DNA of 64,000 nt from Octopus sinensis (lineage: Eukaryota), in the NCBI RefSeq assembly GCF_006345805.1, contig NC_042997.1, positions 9,858,001 to 9,922,000 on the forward strand. The letters run 5' to 3'. Positions within the stretch are counted from its first letter, which is position 1. Each line of letters opens with the position of its first letter. Shown in pieces: positions 1 through 10,196 of this stretch. The notes below the pieces were generated by a model. The model did not search any database and was not told the DNA's origin. It saw only the letters and a list, made by a program, of their open reading frames with translations. A program made the position numbers and the translations under genes.

Positions 1-290
1 CAGAAAGGAAAGATTACCAGCATTAAAAGGTTCCAACAGAAGTAATCTGCTAGATATGACTAGGAAAGTAGACTCTATCACGCATAATTACTAAAATTAT
101 ACGTGACACTAACTTACTGAATTCTGCAGGAGGGGTAGTCGTTACTAGAAGATTAGGTATTCCTCAAGGAAAGATTTAAAACGAGCAAATGTGGAAAAAG
201 AGATTACAAAATAAAATGAATACTTTAAGATAAGATCTGAGTAAAATAGAAACATGGAAACTGAACAAGTTAGGAAACACAAGATTTCAT
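1..290 (+). mobile_element. Decayed R4/Dong-like non-LTR retrotransposon fragment (pre-RT region)
   Basis: Hand translation across a frameshift and stops gives ERLPALK...DTNLLNSAGGVVVTRRLG...EQMWKKRLQNKMNTLR*DLSKIETWKLNKL. This matches the TNxLxYAGAVVVTxxLG / WKRRLxxKIxxLRxDLS block typical of R4-clade ORFs. Confidence 0.6.
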
Positions 291-1110
291 CGTCATCACC
301 ACTATTATTATCCGACATCTGGTAGTTTCAAATAATTTTCTATTGCATCACTTGCTGCACTTTTGAGTACGTGAGGTGTCTGCAGCATTTTATTTTTCGT
401 CTGGGGAATATTGTATTGCATCATTATCTTTTGCTATGGTCTAATGTTTGTATTTTGTGTCATTTATACAGTGCAAGATGTGTTCTGCCATTGGGTATTG
501 GGCTTCTATGGCGCATGTTGTGGGGTTTGTTTATTTTATTGGGAATTTACCGTACGAGTTTATTCCTGCATGTTTTTGGGGGAGTGTTGCATTATAGTGT
601 GCGTAAATCACTTTATTGAGGCCATAGTTATCTGTCCATCACTCTTTATTTGGTTTTGCTATTTGTTTGAGCAGTGACATTAACGTGTGTTTATGTTTCC
701 TTCGTGTAGTGATCGTTGGGGGCTCGCTGGTCAAAATTCACTACTATTACTTTTTTCTTCTTTGTTCTCTACAACTGTTTGTTTCACCGAACACTGATCA
801 TAATTGTGTTCCTTTCCAGTTCACAGGCCTGTCACTTCTTTGGTTAAATACATTTAAATACCATACGTTCGGTGTTTGCTACATACGCGTCCGTGTCTGG
901 GCTGTATAAACTTTATAATTGTTATTGATGTATAGGAGAGTAACAGAGAAACTGCAATGTGCATATGTATTGAGGATTTGTAGAGATGTAAATGCATATG
1001 TGATTAAAAGTTTACTCACAGTTTCGCAGTTTTGATATGGAGGCACTGAGGTTCACGTGTTTACATTTTCACGCACATTTTTCTATGGTAGCGCTTCTGA
1101 GAGAAGCTAT

Positions 1111-1125
1111 TTATTATTATTATTA

Positions 1126-1185
<60 letters not shown>
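1111..1185. repeat. (ATT)n microsatellite
   Basis: Directly visible pure trinucleotide run. Confidence 0.95.
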
Positions 1186-1196
1186 CATATGAAAAC

Positions 1197-1361
1197 AGCT
1201 TATTTTGCTGGGTATGATAGAAAGTGTCGGCTGTCGTGCACATATGGCTGTGATACATGTGCCTTGTTTCTGACAGGTAGCCATGATGGGTATTCTGCGC
1301 TTCATATGTTTAACCCCAGTGTCACTTTGATGGCATGCACTGCTCTCACTCAATAAAAAAC

Positions 1362-1397
<36 letters not shown>
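1197..1397 (+). mobile_element. 5'-truncated, diverged copy of the (TAA)n-tailed non-autonomous element seen at 54739-55295
   Basis: cacatatggctgtgatacatgtgcc...ccccagtgtcactttgatggcatgcactgctctcactcaataa aligns to the reverse complement of 54739-54900 and ends in (AAT)n. Confidence 0.8.
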
Positions 1398-1398
<1 letters not shown>

Positions 1399-1491
1399 CC
1401 TTCTTGTAGTCACTAAACCTGAAATTTTGTGAGGAGACGGATAAGTCAATTATATCGATCCTAATACTTGACTGGTACTTATTTTATCAAC

Positions 1492-1885
1492 TCAAAAAAA
1501 CTCATATCTCACATCATGCATTTTGAGAGCTGAAAGTGTAGCAGATTCAGAATATACATTGAGAATATGCACTTTCAAGTCTTTTTCAAAATTGCAGCTG
1601 TTTGATGTAAAATGTTCGACAAATTCTGTGAAACTACTGTTATTGTGCCTGAAGTCATATTTGTGCCCACTGAATCTTTCGTTTAATTGTTCTATTGTAC
1701 AACCAACATAAATCAAGTTGTGTCAGGTGCATACTGTTGCGTACACCAAATGGAAATTTCCACACGTCCAGCCTTCCTTGTAAACATTAACATTTCTGTT
1801 ACGATCCCTGATTGACGCTTTTCCCCCTGTTGGGGAAATTTCCTTTTAAAAGTTTTGTTAATTGTCACAGCTTCAATTACTTACA
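1492..1885 (-). mobile_element. Penelope-like element remnant: GIY-YIG endonuclease
   Basis: Minus strand reads KCVSN*SCDN...GWTCGNFHLVYATVCT*HNLIYVGCTIEQLNERFSGHKYD. This is the PLE pattern (F/W)TC..N(V/L)(I/V)Y...C...YVG.T...L.ERF..H; several stops. Confidence 0.8.
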
Positions 1886-1939
1886 CATTTTCTATATAAA
1901 TCCCTTTGTATTTTGTCTTTGCACCAGCTGAGCATCGGA

Positions 1940-2136
1940 ATCGATGTAATCAGCTACTCCTCTCCCACCAAATTTCAAGCCTTGTATCTACAGAAGAAAG
2001 GATTACAATTATTAATAGGGTGAGGTGGCAGAATCGATAGCGCGCCGGCCAAAATACTTAGCGGCATTTTGTCCGTTTTTACGATCTAAGTTCAAATTCC
2101 ACCGAGGTTGATTTTGCCTTTCATCCTTTCGAGGTC
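1940..2136 (+). mobile_element. tRNA-derived SINE family A fragments
   Basis: Head ggtgaggtggcagaatcgatagcgcgccgg...agttcaaattccaccgaggttgattttgcctttcatcctttcg matches the other family A copies in the window. Confidence 0.75.
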
Positions 2137-3289
2137 TTCTTATCACCTCCCTTGAATATGCATACTATATGCCAAAACTTAAAACCATTTTTTTTCATTT
2201 TTTATCATCATTATTATTAAATCAAAATAATAGTAACTGTGCAGCAGAGTTAAAACATTTGCTAGACGTATGCGGAGACTATTTCATGATGCTGGTTATT
2301 ATATTTATGGAGTGTTACTTATCTTACAATTGTGTCTGATTTCAAACATCAAGAGAGGAATAAGTTATAGAGATCTATTAAACAGATTATTCGTGATAAC
2401 TGGAAATAAATTTGTCAGTCTTCGAATAAAATGAGATAAAATATGACTTATTATTTTGAGAATGAAATGGTTGCTGGCGCAAAGCTGCTCCGGTAAGAGG
2501 ATACAACTCCTGCGTTAGCTGATAGATTGCCAGATAGCCTATTAATTTAGTTATTCGTCCTTTTTGTCAGTTTAACCTGGTATTCCACAATCTACTGTTT
2601 CTCCCAAATCATGTAAAAAGAATATATCGCTCAGTAGATTATTCATGTATACTTCTTCAGCCGTCTATAAATAACAACCGTGATTGCTATGCTAAACAAA
2701 TCTAGTTATAGACACAAACATTATGGACACCCATAAACCATTTCTACACTGTGAATAAATTAATGCTATTTAGAAGAGATGACAGCAAGTTGGACAATTT
2801 CTTAGTACAGACCAATTGAAAAGAGTACCTCAAGTAATCAGTTTTTCGTCCTCTCTCTCTTCTCTTTTCTTCTTTTTCTCCTCCATCTTTGTCTTCAACT
2901 TCTACTTTTCTTCTATTTTTTCTGCGCCTTCTACTTCTTCCTCTTCTCATTCTTCTCCAGCTCCTTATTCTTTCTTCCCTCCAGTCTAGAATAATTTGCG
3001 ATTTTTGTTGCTCACCTACGCAAATAATCCACTAAGAAATATTTTATATACTGCCCAGGTCTGTTAGATAAGACCAGCGGAACTAAAGGACGATTTTGTT
3101 AACAAAAACGATTTTCGATAACATTCTATTTAAAACCTAAAAGATTGCGCCTTCACCTATGAAAGAGCAGTCTTTTAGTTCAAATATTATGAAAGAGCAT
3201 TCTTTCAGTTAAGAATAATGTAGATTCACCTAATTCGACAAAATTAATTTATATCCATCAATTATTAATCTGCTCTTACTCAAGTTATT

Positions 3290-4150
3290 GGTTTTTGATT
3301 AGACCAACTCACCCATTGGTGATTCAGACAAAGTAAATAGCAATCTCTAAGATAATGTTAGTTTAAATCTAGAAATTTTACCCTCACCTTAAACATTGAT
3401 CCGTAGCTATATGCTACTAGCAAACATTCTCCTTTCATTCACTGAGATCTAGTCCCTGCCATCAGTAAACTCATTTCATCCCTATCCTCTAACAAAGCAG
3501 AATTTGATATGGTATCAGGATATTATGATACAAAGAATCACTTTAAAATATTAAGAGAAATTAGAACATAAACAAGTACTAACCACCTCCAGGTGCAAAT
3601 GTAGAACAAGGAAAATCCTAATGTATACTTCACCATTGAATGAAAGTATAAATGTGGCAAAGGAATTCCTGTACCAAACATCACTATATTTTCCCCCCAA
3701 ACATTACAAAAGCTACAATAGAAATACCACGACGTTTTCTTTCCTTTTCAGTAGAGGATATGCCATTCACTTCAGCATTTTAAATACAAATATAATACGA
3801 AGTAGCTATAACACCACCAAACCCACACGCAATTGTAACTACATGGATCCATCTAACTGTTCCTTTAACATACAATACCTGAATACTTCATCAATACTCT
3901 GAGTTTAAGTTCAGTTTGACAATGGATTTATACCAAAATCATATGTTGACTGACCACTTCAAGTAAGGCGCTACTCACATGCACATTTGCTAGTCAAACC
4001 GAAATGGGGAAGAACATTCCTAGAAGATAATGGAGATATATATTGTGACAACGGAAAGCCAGTGAGTGTTCCTTTAAATCATTATGGATCATACTTACTT
4101 CTGCGTCAGTCTATTAAGCATGGGAAAGTTAGAGCTAATCTTAAATGCCA
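3290..4150 (+). mobile_element. Penelope-like element remnant (RT C-terminus, linker, start of GIY-YIG)
   Basis: Frames give LYATSKHSPFIH*DLVPAISKLISSLSSNKAEFD, RTRKILMYTSPLNESINVAKEFL...FPPKHYKSYNRNT and RNCNYMDPSNCSFN. These match PLE motifs SNHPP..K.LP..I.KR.S.LSSN..EF, RKRNIIWFNPP, HFP......FNRNT and NCNC...CPL. Confidence 0.75.
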
Positions 4151-4905
4151 ACTGTATTTGGTATAATGTTTCCATATTTGTCCATGATGAGAAAAAAATG
4201 AACATTGATAATGGGATATTATGTACTTACTAGACATTGTAAACAAAACTCTAATTAAATTAAACTCACTCAACTATTATAATAAAGCCTGGAAAGTGAA
4301 TCGCTACTACCTTTCTAAAAACCTCAATCCGCATGACCATGTCCCAACAAAAGTAGTTTATACATGTCTAAACACAGATACACACACACACGCACGCAAA
4401 ACAAACAAACACACACACACACACACACACACTCAGATTTAGTGCTTTAACGGTAAGATACTGGTTGACTAACTTACCAATTTTTGAACTAATTCGAACT
4501 CAGGAAAAAAGAGTTCATTAGGGTGAAGGCATATCCCAGGAACGTCTATAACCGACATGATACACTGGAGCGTGACAATTACAATATTTCTCTTTTCTAT
4601 TTCTTTTCTTCTATTTCTTTTTCCACATGTCTGTTCTTCCTACTCAGAGCTTTTCTGCACAGTTATATGTATATTCTGAGCTATTGACCACTTATCGCCC
4701 GCCTACTTATATCTGGTGTGATTATTGGAGATGTGAAATTTGGATAAAGAGAAGTTAGGTGCACAATGCTACACTCATATACGCTCCTTGTAATTGAGTA
4801 CAGTTTTAGCGATTTTGTCCGTACTTACCGGCAAACTATACATTCATGCATGCATACACATAAACTCATACATAAATATATACATATATGCATACATGCA
4901 TACAT

Positions 4906-4951
<46 letters not shown>

Positions 4952-5228
4952 CTATATAATATCATAATATTTTATTCTCCGATTTGAAGTGACAGTTTTT
5001 AAATATAAATAAATGACTGAAAAATGATGTGCTAACCCCAGCCACAATCGAACCCACAAATCAAAGCTAACACGGCTCTTTGCGAATCCAATTAGGCCAA
5101 ACGTTCACCCATCAATTTCAGGCAAATTTCCGTAGTCATAATATTTATAAATGTGTCTTCCATAATGGCTTTCTCTGCGAAACTTACAAGCCCTTTGTTT
5201 ACAAATATTATATGTAGTTTGTATACAT

Positions 5229-5304
<76 letters not shown>

Positions 5305-5558
5305 TTATCCTTCGAAACGTAGAGTAGATGAAACCATAGCGAGAGAAGAAGGGTTTTTTCTTTGTGTTAATTGTCCTGTACCATTTTTTTTGTTGTTTAA
5401 AAAAATGTCCAGTTCCTTTGGTTTGTGTCTATGTTTTCGTTTCTCATTGTGTTCGACATCCTTTTGGTGTCCTGTATTCATATATGCGTGTATATGTACA
5501 TGTAGAGGTAGGTACGTACATATATGTTTATATATATGCATATGTTTTATTTTTTTTA

Positions 5559-5604
<46 letters not shown>

Positions 5605-6547
5605 AGAGAGGGATATGGAGAGAGAGGGAGAGAGATAGTAATAGAGATAGTAAGAGAGAGAAAGAGATAACAGAAATTTTACAAACATACAAACAACAAA
5701 CTGAGTAAAGCAGACGGGGAAATAGTGAATAATTTCTCCCACAATTATTATAAAGATGGGAACCAAGATCAGTCAGCTGATGCGTTCTAAATTAATCGCT
5801 GTAAATCAACCATATTTATTATTTCAAGTTTGTGTCATTTTCAGTCAAATTTTGAGTAGAAGAATATGTCAATTGGCAGTGTGAAACTGACATGAATATA
5901 TCAATTAACAGACAAGCGAACATGACTAATATAGAAGAGTCCTTAGTAACCCAAATGATATTTGATCATTAAACATTGAGCTACTGAACTAGATTCCTTC
6001 TAAAAGAAAAAAAACTAATGAATGGCTTCTTAATTTTACCATCATGTTCATCGTCTCAATCTTGGGACTGGATTTCTAGTAAAATACTCAATGTTTAATA
6101 ATAATCTTGACACTGAATTCTTTTAGGAGTATCATAAATTTCAACTATAGCAGATATATTCCATTTAAATTGTTACAATTATCTAACTGGAAATTCACAG
6201 AGTGCATGCCATTAGAATATCTAGCAGAACGAATCTGAGAAAACTGGTAGTTAGAATCTGCCTGAAATGATATCCTATTGCCGTTCTTCAGGTAGGTAGA
6301 TTATATTTGATAATGAAGCCCTGCATAAATTATAAGTGAAAGATGCCATGAGATTATACAGGCTGTTCAACCTACGCAGCAAATTTTGCAATACGGATGA
6401 GTATCTGAGAAAATCCGTGGAAAGTTATCGGAAATCGCTTGTTTAATATTGGTTCAAATGTGCTCGCTTTTTTTAATATTTTACCTACCGCATTGAAGAA
6501 ATTTAGTCGAACAAATCGACTCAAACACTTAGTTTCCAAGCCTGATA

Positions 6548-6770
6548 CTTATTTTTGTACTGCCCACAAGGGGCTAAACATAGAGGGGACAAACGGATTA
6601 AGTTGCTTACATCGGCCCCAGTGCGTAACTGGTACATAATTTATTGACCCCGAAAGGATGAAAGGCAAAGTCGACCGCGGCGGAATTTGAACTCAGAACG
6701 TAACGGCAGACGAAATGTCACTAAGCATTTCACCCGGCGTGCTAACGTTTCTGCCAGCTCGCAGCCTTTT
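6548..6770 (-). mobile_element. tRNA-derived SINE family A
   Basis: Reverse complement of the head (ggctgcgagctggcagaaacgttagcacgccggg, B-box-like gagttcaaattcc) plus core gaccccgaaaggatgaaaggcaaagtcgac. Confidence 0.85.
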
Positions 6771-6923
6771 ACTTACTTTTATCGCCTGATATGGGCCACT
6801 TCTGATGAACCGTTACGTTACGGGGGACTTAAACACACCAACACCACTTGTCAGGCGGTGGTGGGATACAAACACAGACACAAACACACACGTACGCACA
6901 TACACACGCGCTCGTTTACATAT

Positions 6924-7147
6924 AGAAATATATACGTCACTAAAGTGACTAAGGACACTAGCTAGCACCAATAATGCTAGAAATAAGAGTGAAAACAACT
7001 AGCCACGACAAAGCACTTATCGTAATAACTGTCAGTCATTAAGATAAATAATTTCTGACTGGTGGCTATGAGTTGTTTTAACTCTTATTTCTAGCAATAC
7101 CGGCGTTGAATGGTGCCCTTGGTCACTTTAGTGACGTATATATTTCT
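6924..7147. mobile_element. Foldback/MITE-like element, 224 bp
   Basis: Perfect 26-bp terminal inverted repeat agaaatatatacgtcactaaagtgac (6924-6949 / 7122-7147), plus a second inner inverted pair (tgctagaaataagagt.aaaacaact...agccac). Confidence 0.8.
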
Positions 7148-7196
7148 GCCTTTCGGTTGAAAAATTGCGAATAAGGCACCCTTATATATATGTATA

Positions 7197-7266
<70 letters not shown>

Positions 7267-7275
7267 TATATATAT

Positions 7276-7320
<45 letters not shown>

Positions 7321-7430
7321 GCATATATATATATATAGTTAATCCAAACATGAAAACACAAAGAGGAAACACAACAACGCGAGGACGGGGAACAAGTATA
7401 GTGTTATTGGACGCTCAGGAAAGAAGGAGG

Positions 7431-7465
7431 GTTTAACGTTTCGAGCGGAGCTCTTCGTCAGAAAC
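7431..7465 (-). ncRNA. Minimal type I hammerhead ribozyme motif (PLE-type)
   Basis: Minus strand GTTT-CTGACGA-A-GAGC-TCC-GCTC-GAAAC-GT-T-AAAC: conserved core, 4-bp stem I, 4-bp stem II, palindromic stem III (AACGTT). Confidence 0.75.
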
Positions 7466-7787
7466 ATAGGAAAAGGAAAGATCCAGAGAAGGGAAGACGG
7501 AGGAAAAAATCGCCAACGGTATACACGCGGTCACATATATAGTCTTTTTATTCAACTCTTTACTCTTTTATTTGTTTCTTTTATGACTGTGGCCATGCTG
7601 GAGCACCGCCTTTTAGTCGAGCAAATCGACCCCAGGACTTATTCTTTGTAAGCCTAGTATTTATTCTATCGGTCTCTTTTGCCGAACTGCTAAGTTAAGG
7701 GGAGGTAAATACACCAGCATCGGTTGTCAAGCGATGTTGGGGGGGGGACAAACACAGACACACAAACATATACACATACATACATAC

Positions 7788-7861
<74 letters not shown>

Positions 7862-8213
7862 ACATATATATACAGCGAAGCTTTACAATAGCGTCGTATA
7901 TTATCGACTGCTACTTCCAGTAAATATTGGTACATTGTTGTGCCACTATCTTATATATATATATGTGTGTGTGTATGTGTGTGAGTGGGTGTGTAATTAA
8001 TTCGTGGGAATCATATCCTCATAAGGTATTCGTATTCCACTGGTTCAATCCGTATCATAGAATACGAAATTCATTGGTATATGTTAAGCATTATTGAAAT
8101 TATTATCAATATTGAGGGAAAACAAAATGATAAGAAGAGAATAAACGTATGTAATTACTAATTTATTTGTATGTTACAAAAACGTATCATTAAAAACACA
8201 CACACACACATAC

Positions 8214-8248
<35 letters not shown>

Positions 8249-8272
8249 TGTATCTATCTATCTATCTATCTA

Positions 8273-8319
<47 letters not shown>

Positions 8320-8631
8320 ATGTGTGTATATGTTTGGGTGTCTGTGTTTGTCCCCCCCAACATCGCTTGACAACCGATGCTGGTGTATTTACCTCCCCTT
8401 AACTTAGCAGTTCGGCAAAAGAGACCGATAGAATAAATACTAGGCTTACACATAATAAGTCCTGGGGTCGATTTGCTCGACTAAAAGGCGGTGCTCCAGC
8501 ATGGCCACAGTCATAAAAGAAACAAATAAAAGAGTAAAGAGTTGAATAAAAAGACTATATATGTGACCGCGTGTGTACCGTTGGCGATTTTTTCCTCCGT
8601 CTTCCCTTCTCTGGATCTTTCCTTTTCCTAT

Positions 8632-8666
8632 GTTTCTGACGAAGAGCTCCGCTCGAAACGTTAAAC
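8632..8666 (+). ncRNA. Minimal type I hammerhead ribozyme motif (PLE-type)
   Basis: GTTT(8632-35) CTGACGA(8636-42) A GAGC TCC GCTC GAAAC(8655-59) GT T AAAC(8663-66); identical to the copy at 7431-7465. Confidence 0.75.
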
Positions 8667-8755
8667 CCTCCTTCTTTCCTGAGCGTCCAATAACACTATA
8701 CTTGTTCCCTGTCCTCGCGTTGTTGTGTTTTCTCTTTGTGTTTTCATGTTTGGAT

Positions 8756-8811
<56 letters not shown>

Positions 8812-9164
8812 TAGTTGAGTTAGAGGTTAAAATAACCGTCTAACAGATAAAAATATCTATATTTAAACATGGGCAAAAATATTATGCCATAAATTATAGT
8901 TAAGGACAAGAAAAACTGGAGGTTTTTAGGAATCGAAATTTAAAGAAAACAGAAAATGGAGATACCTTTGATGAACAACAATTGATTTGCATCAATTATT
9001 TATTAATTAATTATTTACAAAAAGACTGCATCCCCATCTAACATCTATTTCTGCTGCCAGTGTTCTTTGGAATTACCATTATGATGCTAAGAGAATATTT
9101 ATCATAGTTGGTAATAAAACTGATTTGAATCATGGAGTTTCATCAGAGTGGAAAATATATATAC

Positions 9165-9337
9165 ACATACACGTACATACCACGGATTTCTTTCAGTTTC
9201 TGTCTACCAATTCCACTCACAAGTCCTTGAGTCGGCCCGAACCCATAATAGAAGGTCTGCCCAAGGTAACATGCAGTGGGACTGAACCCGGAGAATATGG
9301 TTTGGAAGCAAACTCCTCTCCACATAGCCACGCCTGT
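9165..9337 (-). mobile_element. tRNA-derived SINE family B, 5' half
   Basis: Reverse complement of caggcgtggctatgtgg...gggttcagtcccactgcatgttaccttgggcag...gagtggaattggtagacagaaactgaaaga. Confidence 0.8.
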
Positions 9338-9903
9338 ATCTATATGTTAACTTATCCTTCTTAAACGCTATATTTCCTGTTCACGATTAACATTAAGATA
9401 CATGACCAAATAAATTAAAGAAATAGATAATATTAATGAAAGTTAGATGAAAATTTACTTTACTTTATACAAATACAATTACCATATAAGAAATGAAACG
9501 GAGGGAAAAAATGCAGCTGTTATATCGTACCGTTTTGTAAAATTGTTACAAATATGCAAACATAGAAATAAAACGAAATGACACGGAAACAATGCTGAAT
9601 AAAAGGAAGGAGACAGAATCAGTTATGATAAATAGTGTAGAAAGGAGGATACAAAGGGGCAAGAGAAGTTAAAAGTTTGGCAAACATAAGAATGATAGTA
9701 ACAGTGATTTTGACAACGAATATGGAAAAATAGATATGGAAAACAAAAGATTAGAATGTAATGAGATAGAAATTCCAAATGGGGGAACCATCCAGGGTCA
9801 GTCAGTGAGATTTAAAGATCTTTACTACCCTTACTACTACAGGCAAATATCTACCCTCAGCCGCGTTCTCCTATCTACAGTTTCATGACAAGAGTAGTTC
9901 GAT

Positions 9904-10196
9904 TCATTTGGCTTAAGCTTATATTCCTCCCTAAATAGTACTTGAAGAAATTGATGAGAAAATATCAGTCCTTCGTCCTTTAATATTTGTTCTCTTCAGA
10001 CAGCATCTTTCGCTGTAACCAACAGAAAGTTTAACCTGTGAGACTCATTTGGCTTAAGCTTATATTCCTCCCTAAATAGTACTTTGATGTACTTTGAAGA
10101 TATTGATGAGAAAATATCAGTCCTTCGTCCTTTAATATTTGTCCTCTTCAGACAGCATCTTTCGCCGTAACCAACAGAAAGTTTAACCCGTGAGAC
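9904..10196. repeat. Two-unit tandem duplication (141 bp and 152 bp)
   Basis: tcatttggcttaagcttatattcctccctaaatagtac...cagaaagtttaacc.gtgagac occurs at 9904-10044 and 10045-10196; the second unit has an ~11-bp insertion. Confidence 0.9.

Larger units (their letters stand above)
7337..8760. repeat. Long inverted duplication: arms 7337-7790 and ~8309-8760, spacer ~520 bp, (TA)n on both outer flanks
   Basis: Base-by-base comparison shows the arms are reverse complements with about 6-8 substitutions and a G-run length difference. Each arm is a SINE-B 3' half plus a PLE-type terminal repeat. Confidence 0.95.

Noticed and set aside
290-720. Minus-strand LINE-like composition next to the Dong fragment
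   Set aside because: No motif could be matched convincingly in any frame; left unassigned.
1715-1860. In-frame TGA codons in the PLE GIY-YIG region as selenocysteine
   Set aside because: The TGAs are not at conserved Cys positions and co-occur with TAA stops; CGA-to-TGA decay is the simpler explanation.
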